Shown piece after piece: positions 13,301 to 26,263 of a DNA stretch of 64,000 nt (positions within the stretch are counted from its first letter, which is position 1; each line of letters starts with the position of its first letter). This DNA is from Octopus sinensis (lineage: Eukaryota), in assembly GCF_006345805.1 (NCBI RefSeq), contig NC_042998.1:148614001-148678000 (forward strand), in the 5' to 3' direction. The notes beneath the pieces were generated by a model. That model was not told the DNA's origin. It worked only from the letters and a program-made list of their open reading frames with translations, and ran no database searches. Position numbers and translations under genes: made by a program.

Positions 13301-15120
13301 AAACGGGCGTATATATTTTCCTTCAAGAAATCTGATCACTAGTGTTGCAAATTTCGGTGCATCTATCGTATCATTACCGTTTCATTTAACTGAAGATAAT
13401 ATTGGCTATGAAGAAGTAGTTGTTTTCTAGAACCAGTAGTATTATTCCTTACTTGAATTTTTTTGAGAATCTCTCTTGAATTCTGTGTGGGTAATTGTTT
13501 ATCCATAATTCTACCGCTTTTAATCTTTATCCATGCGGGTTATCTCTGTAGAGGTTTGTGAAATAATTGAAGAGAGCAAAACTAAAACACTTCAAGAATG
13601 TAAAAAAAACTTGAAGTCTAAAACAAATATGAATTGCAAAATAAAAATCTCATTTATTGCATCACATGACCAGAATGCAATGAAAATTATATTATCCAAA
13701 CAGGATCAAAATTTACACATCAACTTACGGTAGACAAGCAACAAATCATAGATCCTTCTCTAACAAATGTTCCGTGTTCTGAACATCTAGACGCTTCTGC
13801 AAATGGGAAATGGGAAATGGGAAATGCAAGGCATTTCCTTTTTGGAAATAAAAGAACATGATCAATTATGAAAAGAAAAAGCAAAAGGAATTCTTGAACA
13901 ATACTATGAATACTAACTTCCTCTATATTTTGATAATATATATATAGAGAGAGAGATCGAGAGAGACACTCACATAATTATATATATAATATATGTGCAC
14001 ATATATATATGTACGTATATGTATGCGTATACCCACACACATACATGTTTCTATGTATGTATTACCTTTTTTCAAATAAGTTTGATGCTTTAGCAGCATT
14101 TCAACGTTCAATACTAGTTAAATTTTAAACGATAAATTTCTAATCACATGAACTCTGCGTCCTTCAAAGTAGTTTGTTTCTATTTGAAATTTCCTAAACA
14201 TTGACCTCAAATAAGTCATTTCGTAACTCAAAACTAAAATATACTTATTTTGTCTGAAGAGATCTGACCGCTTATTACATCTACAAAAGTTACAATTACT
14301 GATATTTCAAAAATATTGTTATATTGAAACATATGTAGAATTTCTTTTTGGATACTTTTGGGTTGTTTTGTTGATGCGGTTCCTTTTATTCTTGTTCTCA
14401 TAGGTATATCTGTTAATCTTTGAATTTACATTACTTTTCCAGTTGTAATACAAATAAAATGAACCAAGCATCTTTTTAATTTTTCTTCTCCATTTTCTTA
14501 TATTTCTTTTGCTAATTTTTAATGTTTATGAGACTACACACACACACATACGCACACACAAACACACAAACGCACACACACATACACACATATAATCATG
14601 TATATATGTATGTGTATACGCACATCCGGTATATGCAATTCAGGCTGAATTAATTTTAATAAGACATCTAAACTTCATACGTAATGTATACACATCGTTG
14701 TTATTCCAGTTGAAACGTTTTCGACCTGAGACAATATTCCTTATGGACGTGCAGTGTTAAAAATGCAATAAGTATCGGAGGGTTACAAAAAATCCTGCCT
14801 TCCCTCAGTAGTAGCCAGCGAAAACGCTAGATACAATTAGGCCTTTTTGGACCTCCTCAACACCGTGTACACGTAGCTTTGTACATTGTTGGTAGACAAT
14901 TGACTGGTATGTAATTCCTCATGTCCTGCGCCTCTTTTGGGTTTGGGAGAAACTACTTGGTTTTCCATGTGGGTTATTGGTTATTTCTCTGGATTCTTGG
15001 GGATGTTATTGTAGGCCAATGTGAGGCCTGCGTGGATGCCTGTCAGGTCCTCAATCAAAATGTTAGTATTTTCATTTATCCCTGGTGCCCTCCAATTGCT
15101 AGTCTTATTTATAACAAGGA

Positions 15121-15420
15121 GGCACTTGGCCTAGTGGTTAGAGCAGCGGACTCGCTGTCGAGGGCTCGTGGGTTCGAATCTCAGACTGGGTGATGTGTGT
15201 GTTTATGAGTGAAATACCTAAGCTCCACGCTCCGGCAGAAGATAATGACGAACTTCTGCTGACACTTTTGTCACAACATTCTCTCACTCTTTCCTCTTGC
15301 ATCTTGCAGCTCACCTGCGACGGACCGGTGTCCCGTCCAGGTGGGGAACCTATACGCCAAGGAAACCGGGAAACCGGCCCTAATGAGCCAGGCGTGGCTC
15401 GAGAAGGAACAAACATAACA
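15121..15420 (+). mobile_element. tRNA-derived SINE, family C, with a conserved central domain and GGCTCGAGAAGG-(AAC)n tail
   Basis: A box TGGCCTAGTGG, B box GGTTCGAATCT, central CCTGCGACGGACCGGTGTCCCGTCCAGG, and a tail resembling RTE-type 3' ends. Confidence 0.8.
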
Positions 15421-16129
15421 ACAGTGGTCTGACCCTATTTTACTCTCACTTCCCCTCTGTCATTCTCTCTCCCTCTCTTCCCCTTTCTCTGTGATTGTGT
15501 TAGTTCTGTAGATATTAGATCCATGTAGCTCTTTCTTCGTGTTTCTTTTTTAATTTTCTTCCAGACCTTACTCGAGAATTTCTCGACATCATTGATAATC
15601 GGTGGTTCCTTCGATTGGTTATATTATTCATGCTCAGTTCACAGTATAACTTTTCGGTGTTTCTTTAAAGTCTTGTTTAACATGGAGAACATGCTCTTCT
15701 TACCAAAATCCCTGAGTCACTTTTTACTTTCGCTGGAATCTCTTGGTTCGGTATCTCTTAAGCTTTTGGTAAATCATCTTTCTGTTTGATGTTTGGCATT
15801 AATTCCAGTGGTTCCCTTTCCTTCTCTTTCGAGTTAAAGTCTTTCTCAATTTAAATTAGTAATTGACTTAGCATTTCTAAATTAAATGATAGATTGCATA
15901 GTGCATCGGAGAAACTGCTGTATTTTTTCGTGTTATATAGCGCTCCATTGAGAATTGAAACCGTCATCTTTGGCATTCATTACTCCGGTGGCCATAAAAC
16001 ATTTTATCAATTAGTGAAAGGGTTAATTCAGTAGAGTGAAACACATCACTCCGCACCAATCAATACCTACCCACAGCTCACCAATTACTGACCTTGAGTC
16101 AATGAGAGAAGTCATTACAATCACTTCCT

Positions 16130-16234
16130 GTAGCATCCTCCCCTTCCGCTAATCTACCTCCTCCTCTTTATGTTGCTGCTACGGCTGCTGCTGCTACCCC
16201 GCCAACACCACCACCATCCCCAGTAACACCGGTG

Positions 16235-16286
<52 letters not shown>

Positions 16287-16320
16287 ACTACTACTGCTAC
16301 TGCTGCTGCTGCTGCTGCCG

Positions 16321-16380
<60 letters not shown>

Positions 16381-16860
16381 GGCGCTTTCTCAATTATCTT
16401 TATCGCGGACATCATCACCACTGCTCTACCATTACAATCACATTACCAACGCTAAAAATATCCCCACCACCACCACCACTGCCATCATGATATTCTTCTT
16501 CAATACTTTCTCGTTATCGTCATCGTCGTTGACGTCATCGCCGTCCTCATCATCGCCATAATCGTCGTCGTCGTCGTCCTCATCGCTCTTGTTATCATCT
16601 TTGTCATCATCCTCATCTCCGCCACTACCCACACCACCACCACCGTCACCACCCCTATCCCACCAACAACACCAATACCATCATCATAGACTTCATCGCC
16701 ATCCTCCTCTGCCTCCTCCTCTTCCTCCTCCTCCTCCTCATCATCATCATCAACATCATTATCACCAACCCAACATTCACCACCACCACCACACCACCAC
16801 CACCACCACCACCACCGGAATCACCACCAACAACTCTACAATCATCATCGTTAGCGCGTA
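16130..16860. repeat. Compound CTA/CTG/CAT/CAC/CCT trinucleotide block
   Basis: Direct reading. Confidence 0.9.
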
Positions 16861-17314
16861 TACATTTCGTGTATATTGTTCACACCCCATCTCACTACCC
16901 TATCCTCCCTATCCTACTTATTCCACCAACTCTATCTTTCTTGATTATCAATTTGTCCTTTCATTAAAGCAATATCTCATTAGAAATTATGTGTTGCTTG
17001 CATATTTCAACTTCATTAAAAATGTTCATTAGGAATTTCTGTTCAATTATTTTCGTCCAGAACGTCTTTTATGAAGACACACATATACCCACTCACGTGG
17101 AGGCCACATCTACCTATCAGTCTCCTCCAATACGTAGACACGCATACATATTGATGCTGCTTGCCATATTGATGACGATGAGGAGAATGATGATGATGAT
17201 GAGGGTGATGAGGATGATGATAAAAGCATACAAATATACATTGCACACACGTATGCGGACAAATACCACGTAAATTAACATATCGATATACATACACAAT
17301 CATCTGTGTATGTA

Positions 17315-17352
<38 letters not shown>

Positions 17353-17778
17353 ATATTTATACAAACTGTTACATTTATGTATATATATATTGGTGTACGC
17401 ATATATACTCATAATAATAAATATATTTGCAAATGTTCACAGTTATACGCAGGAAATGCAAAGCATCTGTATATAATTCATACGTATATATAATCTACAT
17501 GAATTCACATGCACGTGCGCGCAGACACTCACATGCTCGTATACATATACTTGGCATGCAAAATATACGAAATAAGTTATAATTCACACACCCAAATCAG
17601 ACACACAGAGAGTTGTTAACCCAAACTCCAAGTATACGGCATACAATAATATACTCCTCATACGCATGCGAGAACGACCGCAAAGTTAAACTTAAGAGAA
17701 AGTACGCATGCTATGTTTACACACCAACATATATAAAAGGAAACTACATGCATACATATACATAGATATACATACATA

Positions 17779-17945
17779 CGAGGGGTGGAGAAAAGTTCGT
17801 GGCTTAAGGGTGTCGCGAAAACCTGAAAGACCACTGCTATAAATGTGTAAATCTGAGAGGGGAATATGTTGAATAAAATCAATACTTAACTGATCCTCCA
17901 GTATTTTCTTTTACCCAAAGCCAGGAACTTTCCAGCACGCCCTCG
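17779..17945 (+). mobile_element. Mariner-derived MITE (internally deleted)
   Basis: TA-flanked TIRs CGAGGGGTGGAGAAAAGTTCGTGGCTT and AAGCCAGGAACTTTCCAGCACGCCCTCG. The interior HCYKCVNLRGEYVE* resembles a mariner transposase C-terminus. Confidence 0.8.
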
Positions 17946-18323
17946 TATGTACTTACATATATGTATGGAAGCATACAAGCCCTCATATCTTCAATAAATA
18001 CGTTTGTACATTATTATTTCCTGGGTCTTCAACGATCAGCAATGACCAGATATCTGTATATGTATGAACGGGCCAGCACAAGATATTTTAAAGGAAAACT
18101 ATCAGCTGCCCATGCATTAATGTCTCTTATCTTTACGCTAATTTGGTGTTAAGAGCAGCATGAGAAGGGGGAGATAGTGTCAATAAAGTTGACATCGTTA
18201 AAGAAAAGGACGGCTTTATTGTTACGAGTCAAGAGGACAGTCATCAACATGTGTTTCTGGTTCAATAAGCGTCACCAGCACGACAATTGTCCAACCTTAT
18301 CTTCAGTAGTCAAAAGACTAAGT

Positions 18324-18389
<66 letters not shown>

Positions 18390-18792
18390 ATATTATATAT
18401 ATATATATGTATGTATGTATGTATGCATGTATATAAACGTAGGACATATTTAGAGCCTAAGTAATTTGAATTTAGACACCACACAGCATCAATTCTTGAT
18501 TTATTGAAATTATCTCCAAATAGCAATTAAGATCAGTATCATTTAAGAAGAGAAGATAATATCAGACTGAAGAATTCTCCAAACCTGATATGCCATTAAG
18601 CCCTTTGCCTTAATGCCATATCAACGTTGGAGATTTCTTCATTCTTCAGGTTGTCTTCCCTTCTCATGTGGGAACAAGTTAGAGGGCTTCATGCTTAACT
18701 TATGCATAGCAATTATCTGATAACAAACACAACCTGGTTTACAAATGTCCATGGCACGTGATATATTAAGTTCTTAATATATAGATTACATT

Positions 18793-19000
18793 AAGGCGGC
18801 GTGCTGGCAGAATCGTTAGCACACCGGGTAAAATGCTGTGCGGCATTTCGTTTGTCGTTACGTTCTGAGTTGAAATTTCGCTGAGGTTGACTTTGCCTTT
18901 CAGCGTCGATAAAATAAATACCAGATGAGTACTGGTGGTCGAAGTAATTGATTTATTCACTCCGCGAACTTGCTGGCCTTTTGTTAAAATTTGCAATCAA
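18793..19000 (+). mobile_element. tRNA-derived SINE, family A
   Basis: GGCGGCGTGCTGGCAGAATCGTTAGC...GTTCTGAGTTGAAATTTCGCTGAGGTTGACTTTGCCTTTCAGCGTCGATAAAATAAATACCAG. Confidence 0.85.
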
Positions 19001-19120
19001 TAAATAGATTACATTGTATTTTGGGTAAAACGAGTAAAAAAAGATATAGCATAATTTACTATCTTAAAATGAATATTGAAAATTAAATTATTGAAAATAT
19101 AAGAAACCAAAGGTGTATTA

Positions 19121-20457
19121 CACTGGTCAACAAGATAAAACTTTTTTCTCTGGCATAAAAACTTAGAGCTGTTTTAGACTAATTTTGTGGTACTGATTCG
19201 AAAACTGACCTCAGATTTGCTCCATCACATCAGTTTTGTACCATCAGTATACGCCTTTTACCTAGAACATACCAAAAATTTAACTTTACACCACTATTTG
19301 CGGAAATAGGACACGGTATAAAATTGAAGGAGGAGTATGCCAACACTAACATTGTTCCGGAGAGGTTACAAATCATGTTCATGGATGGGTAATTTATGTC
19401 GATTTGAGAATGGTAAACTTTCTACTGGGCCATCAAGGGGGTTACATTAAGTACCCCTCTTTCCTGTGCTATTGGGACTGTAGGGTTTCACAGGGTAAAA
19501 AAAGACTAAGTGAAAAACCTTCAAGAAACAGTTTGAGGCCGGGTGACAAGAACATCTTTAACTTTCTGGTTGATAGGAAAAACATCGTCTTCCCCCACCC
19601 CCTCCACTACACATAAAACTTAGTCTTTATATAAACTCCACTGTGATCTAGAGGTTTGAGGAATAGTTTCAGATATATCCGCATGTGCAATATTTCCAAG
19701 TCTCAGTGACAAGAAGAAGGAGGAATGTTTGATGAATGTTTGATGATCCTCAGGGATCCACATTTTGTTACAACAATGGATGTATCTGAGGCTAGAGCTT
19801 GAAATGCCTTCTCTGATGTGGTGAAGAATTTTCTTGGGAACAGGAAAGCTGACAACTATCACGAGATTGTGGAGGAGCTGCTCCTGAGTTTGCAAGCACT
19901 TGGGTGTAGAATGCGCATTAAATTGCACTACTCACAGTCACTTGGTTGAGTTTTCAGAGAATCTGGGTGATATTAGCGAAGAATAAGATGAACGCTTTCA
20001 TCAAGACGTAAAGGTAATGGAAGAATGCTAACAAGGCCGATGGGACTGAAACATGATGGCAGATTACTGCTGGGGCTTGGGAAGAGACATTCCAGAAGTT
20101 GTGCACAAGAGATCGTCAAAAAGGAGGAAGTTCTTGAAGGAAATAACATGATGATCAGAATGAATGACCACAATGAATAGAGATTTTGTATTCATATTTT
20201 GCTATTACCAAGCTTAATTCTTACATGCTAATGTGCATTTACTATCACAGCTTTATTAGATTGAAAAAAAAACATTGTCTCTTAGAAATTGAATCTACGT
20301 ATGTTTATTTCTTCTTTATGAGCATTAAATAGCTGTTTCTAACAAAACTAAAAGATATTAGAACTCAAAAATCTGATGCTAGATTTGGATTAAACACTCC
20401 AAAATTAGCTAAAAACCATTCATAAACCTTGTGCCAGAAAATATATGTTTACCAGTG
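19121..20457 (+). mobile_element. Chapaev3-like (CMC superfamily) DNA transposon, internally deleted, with a decayed transposase
   Basis: Ends CACTGG..CCAGTG with a 3-bp TSD TTA. Peptide remnants DLRMVNFLLGHQGGYIKYPSFLCYWD, VVKNFLGNRKADNY, NLGDISEE*DERFHQD and MMADYCW. The family name comes from motif recognition. Confidence 0.75.
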
Positions 20458-20719
20458 TTATTAAATGGTGTAGAGGGATCAGTCTTGTCTCTTAAAACTT
20501 AAGAGGAAAGTAGTGTGTGATTATTCCTAGAAAACAGTTAAGAATTGATTCAGTCTGCGTTGTGGATGTGTATGGAAAATATGTGGTTGAAAATTTTAAA
20601 CTTATGATGAGTAAGCAGTTATCTATGAAGCAGAGATTACTTTCACTAGATGAAACCTTGATATCACGCGTAAGCACTGTTTATATATGGAGGATGGTAT
20701 ATTTAAACAACGGTACTTC

Positions 20720-20815
20720 TACCGTATTTTCCCTCGGAAATACATCAGACCTATCCAATTACATTTGGTGTTTGAAAGATCATAATTCTGATTTCAACAT
20801 AAAGCATGATGGGTA
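20720..20815 (+). mobile_element. Possible Penelope-like element C-terminal coding remnant
   Basis: TSDLSNYIWCLKDHNSDFNIK resembles the T.LS.YIW.LK..N..F.IKW stretch of invertebrate PLE GIY-YIG regions. Short and degenerate. Confidence 0.4.
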
Positions 20816-21408
20816 TCATTCAGGCCAGTAACCAGGCCATTAAAGTCGAGGCATCTGAAATTACTTCGTTGTGGTTATGGATCAAGAGATCTGAATTATG
20901 GATGAGACAGTGCTACCTGGACACAATCTGGAACTCAGCCAACAACGGCTGGTTCATCTGAACGACGAAGTCATGTTTTTACTGAAAGTACTGAGGCACC
21001 CAGTGACACCAAAAAACATCACCGGTATATACTGCCAGGTGAAAACGTTATATGAGAAATCTGAATGAGCAGTGAAGATATATGTTCCCCTCCTTAGCTC
21101 ACTGATATAATTCAGGTTATATAGTAGAACAGTGTTCTGTGATTGATCAGTATTTTGATCGCTAGAAGAACCATGGGCAAGAATAATTACCACGAAATTT
21201 TGAGACCACTCCTCACCTAACTGATGGGATTAATACACCTTGATCACCACTAATTTTACAGGAAAGTACGTAGGATGATATAGAACTGGATTTTAAATGC
21301 GTGAAACATGAGTGAATTGAGAAAGGCTTTGGGAATCTCTCTCAAGTAGTGGTGTTAAACAAGTCGGCATGTAAGTCATAGAGAAAAAGCAACGCAGACT
21401 ACTCGAGT

Positions 21409-21668
21409 ATATTCTGTTGTGTCTGGGGAGAGTCATTCTCTTTTAGTGCCGTATAATTTAACACACCCACCGGTAAAATGTCCACTCATTTACTTATTCA
21501 TTTTTTAAAAACTTTTGCTGACTCTCAACAACTATTGAAAAGGTTGCAAGATGCAACGAAAATTTTGGGAAACTAAATAAGTAAATGAGTGGAAATTTTA
21601 GAAAAATAAATAAGTAAATGAGTGGAAATTTTACCGGCGAGTGTGTTAAATTATAAAGCTCTAAAAGA
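21409..21668. mobile_element. Inverted pair of a PLE-like repeat (family D) with a hammerhead-like motif at 21531-21568
   Basis: 21440-21498 is the approximate reverse complement of 21609-21667. Other copies of the repeat occur at 25445-25570 and 42283-42420. Confidence 0.65.
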
Positions 21669-22083
21669 TATTTGGCTGAAAACTAGTGAGATCTAACCTT
21701 AAATTACCGCAGCTTCCAGAGTCTGGCTGCTTACAATTCAGCACCCTTAAGTCCTAAAAGACTTTCAGATATTTATCGGCGACTTGACTAGCCACATAGA
21801 CTTCTAGGGGTCAATATTAACTGTTTTCTCGGCCCTTGTAATACATTCTCCTATGAAATACTCTACAGCATAACGGCAGCGACTATATCTTATCATTTCA
21901 TTTGATAAAATTCAGTTCTCAAAAATCTTTAATATAGCTAATACATGTTGGTGGTGATGATCATTTGGTCTTTATGGATTTGAATGTTTGTATAACGTAA
22001 TTACTAACTACTGTTCCAGACTAATTACAGTTAGTGTATATGAATGACTCATCGTAATTCGTGCTAATATCTTTGTTTCGGAT

Positions 22084-22285
22084 AAGGCAGCGAACTGGCA
22101 GAACCGTTGCCGAGCCGAGCAAAATGTTTTGCGGTATTTCGTCTGTTGTTACGTTCTGAGGTCGATTTGTCTTTCCTGTTTTCGAGGTCGGTAAAATGAG
22201 CACCAGTTGAGCACTGGGGTCGATGTAATCAACTAAACCCCGTTCCCTGAACTTTCTGGCTCTGTGCCAAAACTTGGAAGCAATA
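22084..22285 (+). mobile_element. tRNA-derived SINE, family A
   Basis: GGCAGCGAACTGGCAGAACCGTT...CCTGTTTTCGAGGTCGGTAAAATGAGCACCAGTTGAGCACTGGGGTCGATGTAATC. Confidence 0.85.
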
Positions 22286-22972
22286 TCTTTGTTTCAGGTA
22301 ATATATTGACTTTGTTTATACTAATAAAATGCTTCACATAGATCTGAGAGTGAGGCTAAATGACATTTGAGACGATATGACGACAAAAACAGTCCTCTAT
22401 TCTCTACCAATATGCCAAAGACCAACATGGTGGCATACTGTGTTGATTTGACATCCGCATTTTATCCAAGCACTCGAAGGACCCAACACTCAGACAAATA
22501 CAGGAGTACGTCCTCATAAATGAAACATCCCCGGTACTAAATAGGAGATATACGTAGAAGGTAGTGATACCCCAATACTCACAGCTTATACATACGCAGG
22601 TATATCTATTAGTAGACTGTTATATAGACATATATATGTCATCAGTAGGTAAAAGGATATCTAAGTAACCAGATAGATATGTAGATAGATAGGTACATAG
22701 GTAATGAGGACAAACAAGCACACACACACACACACACATACACATATGCACAAAAGACTGAAACATAACCATATACACATACGCACACTTCATACACACA
22801 CACAAAGGACACATATGGAGACTCACATTCATACATAATAGACGCGTGCACATGGTCACACAAAGCCATACACATAGACACACTCAAACATGCACACACA
22901 AGGAGACAGAGGTACACACACACAAACATGAACACAAATACACGAATATGCAGAATACATACATACAAACGT

Positions 22973-23018
<46 letters not shown>

Positions 23019-23103
23019 ACACAAACACATGCATTCATACATACATACATACATACATACATACATACATACATACATACATACATACATACATACATGC
23101 ATA

Positions 23104-25168
23104 CAAAACAAGCAGCTGGGAAGAAGGGAGTCTGGGGATATGTCGAGCAAATTTTAATCAACAAAACTGTGATGTCAAAGGTGCGAGAGCATAAGCGAAA
23201 CCTAGTTTCAATGTGGCTAGACTAAAAAAAAGCTTTTGACTCTGTTCCCTACTAATGGATGCTAGTTCCAGTGAGAATAGTCAAAACCATAGCTGACCTG
23301 ACTTCATCGTGGGCCACCATCTTGAAATTAAACACAAAGAGTGAATGTATTATCACCAATAGAATACAGTATGGCAAAGGAATATTCCAAGGAGACAACC
23401 TCTCTGTGATGTTGTTTATACTTTCTGTAAATTCCTTGTCATTCATGTTAAGGAAGTTTGAAGGATATCTCACTGGTTCACAAGGAAACCAAAATTACAT
23501 ACTGTTTCTTTGTGGATGACTTAAAACTTTATGCAAAGAATATGCATGAGATGAAAAAGAGCCCTGACCTAGTTACAACATCCTCAAAGGATGTAGGATT
23601 GGAGTTTGCGCAGGTAAAATATTATATAGTTGTGAAAAAGGAGAAAACTATAAACCAGGCTAGTAACATCTCCATTAATGATTTTACTGTTTTTCCGATA
23701 TCTGACGAGGAGTGTTGCAGGTATCTAGGAGTGGATAAAAATATATCTTACAGTGGAACCTGTAACAAAATACTATCACTAAAGAATATTAGTCGAATAA
23801 AGAAAATTTGGACCTCAGAACTCTCTGCATTCAATAAAACAGTGGCCCACAATGTGTTTGCAGTGCCAGTACTCATACCAACATTTCGGCTGCTTGACTG
23901 GACGCTTGCTGACATCTGAGCAATTGATGTGAAAACCCCCAAAATAATAACAAGCACACATAATTTCCACATAAACAATGATGGAGACAGCCTCTACCTA
24001 AACGAAAACAAGGCAGAAGAGGCTTAACATCGATCCGAAATGCATTTGAATGTCGCATCATATACCTTCGGTAACATCTTTTAACCACCAAGTGTCGAAG
24101 TGCATCCATTGACCAAGTTTGCATACATGAGACTGATAACATTATAAGACTTGAATGGCAGCATCTTGAGCAACACTCTTTGTCTGATAACCTAGAATAC
24201 ATGCCCAAAGAAGTCGCACGGCTCTACTGCAGCCTATCATTATATGAAAGGATGAGCCTATATGAGCAGAAGACTATGCATGGATATGTTAGTGGAAAGC
24301 TCCGTGATGATTGTAACATTGATTATCAAAGCAGTTTATCATGGATCAATACCTCCCACTTTGAAAAGTAAGCGTTTGCAATCCGGAAACAGGAAATATC
24401 AACCAAGTCCCTGTTGCACAAGAGGGATAAAGTTGCAGGTAAAGCCGTAAAGTGTGACAACCGATGCATGCTTTGTGGAGTTCATACTAAAGATATGACC
24501 CACATTAAGCCGTTGGCCGAAAATGTCAACACGGTATCATCTGCCGATGAAACGTGACGTTGTAGCTAAGGCACTCTATAATGAAATCTGTTGGAAGGAT
24601 AATCCCGAGGTAGAGAAATAAGAATCCATAATATGGTAGACGCCATAGCCACACATAATAAAAAAGACTACTAGTGGAATGTACCAGTGAAAACCTCAAT
24701 AAAATGTAAGCACAACAAACCTGATATAATGATTTGGAATACAGAAGAGAAACTGTGCACATTTGTGGAAATTAGTTGCTCAGCGGATATTAACATAAAG
24801 TTGAAGATCAGTGAAAAAAGAGAACGCCTATGCTGAACTATTGAGAAATGTGCAGTTACTCTGTTCAGATTGCAAATTCAGGTTTATACTAGTAATTATT
24901 GGGGCCCTGGGATATGTAGCACACTGCCTAAATACCAATCTTGAGAAATTAGGCTTCTCAAAACCAGAAAGGAGAAAGCTATTTCGAAGACTACAGATCC
25001 AATCCATCACTGGAACTGTAAATATCTGTAAAACTTTCTAGAAGTTTAAAATTTAAGTATATATGAGCATGTCTAGATATGCAACTATATGCACGAGAAT
25101 ACATACATAAAACATATAAATCTGCACATACATACATACATGCATACATTCATACATACATACATACA

Positions 25169-25207
<39 letters not shown>

Positions 25208-25330
25208 ATACATACAAAACTACCCTGTTGCTGATGTTGGAATTCCAATTGAGGAGCCTTGGATCGAGGTTAGAAACCGGTTCTTTCTCTATTAGCAAGA
25301 AATCTTGAAAGAAATTGAATAATGATATAC
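23104..25330 (+). mobile_element. 5'-truncated non-LTR retrotransposon with RT, CCHC and restriction-like endonuclease (R4/Dong-like), decayed, flanked by (TACA)n
   Basis: RT motifs GIFQGDNLS and FFVDDLKLYAK, CRYLG, zinc knuckle CDNRCMLCG..HI, and KHNKPDIMIW..VEISC. Many frameshifts. Confidence 0.85.
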
Positions 25331-25444
25331 AGTCATACATACACATACATACATTCATATGTACATTCATACATATGTGTATACACATGCACTCTGACAC
25401 ACACTCATGCGCACAAACAAACAAAAAGAACGCAGCTCCAATGA

Positions 25445-25570
25445 CGGACAGTATCAACGACTATTGAAGAGGTTGCAAGAGGTTAGAAAAAATGAATAAG
25501 TAAATGAGTGGAAATCGAACTGGTGAGTGTGTTAATATGGCATTAAAAGAGAATGACTCTCCCCAGCAGA
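25445..25570 (-). mobile_element. Partial copy of PLE-like repeat family D
   Basis: GACTATTGAAGAGGTTGCAAGA...AAGTAAATGAGTGGAAA...GAGAATGACTCTCCCCAG matches the 21409-21668 repeat. Confidence 0.7.
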
Positions 25571-25642
25571 CAATAAAATATATATATAATTGAAAGAAGT
25601 AGAGTTAACCTGAAAGAGTATGGTTGAATATTTATTTACAAT

Positions 25643-25820
25643 CACTAAAATTGTTTCTACGCAACGTAGTTCTCCAGCCGTGGATGATCTTGAAGCCGAT
25701 AATTTGAATTTAATGAGACAATATTTACATATCGCCCGAGGAAACACAACTAGATGTCATAATGCATAATCAAGTACCTGCACACCTGGGGAACTACGTT
25801 GCGAAGAAACAATTATAGTG
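25643..25820. mobile_element. CACTA-ended MITE
   Basis: TIRs CACTAAAATTGTTTCTACGCAACGTAGTTCTCCAG and CTGGGGAACTACGTTGCGAAGAAACAATTATAGTG, with a 3-bp TSD AAT on both sides. Confidence 0.8.
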
Positions 25821-26070
25821 AATGAAAATAAATGTCCAGCCGTACTCCTTGTTAACGCCAATTCTTTCCGTTATCTATTCACACACGACAGAAGCCCAAA
25901 CTCAGACCTGGAAGTATGTATAACACTACTACTGGATATCATAGGGTGAAATCTGAAGGTGGACGAGCTTTATACTGTACTCTACTACGTTCTTAACAGA
26001 ATATACCATGACTACACACACACACACACACAAACACACACTCATTCACACACACACACATACATATATA

Positions 26071-26130
<60 letters not shown>

Positions 26131-26208
26131 CCCGCATACATACTCACATACATACATACATGCATACATACATACATACATACATACATACATACATACA
26201 TACATGTA

Positions 26209-26263
<55 letters not shown>

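Noticed and set aside
13452-13550. Acceptor/donor pair on the minus strand
   Set aside because: Stop codons in all three frames.
25240-25290. Hammerhead ribozyme in the LINE 3' module
   Set aside because: It has TTGAGGA..GAAACCGG, but extra bases precede GAAA, stem I is unconvincing, the core is not conserved in copy 2, and a competing hairpin fits better.
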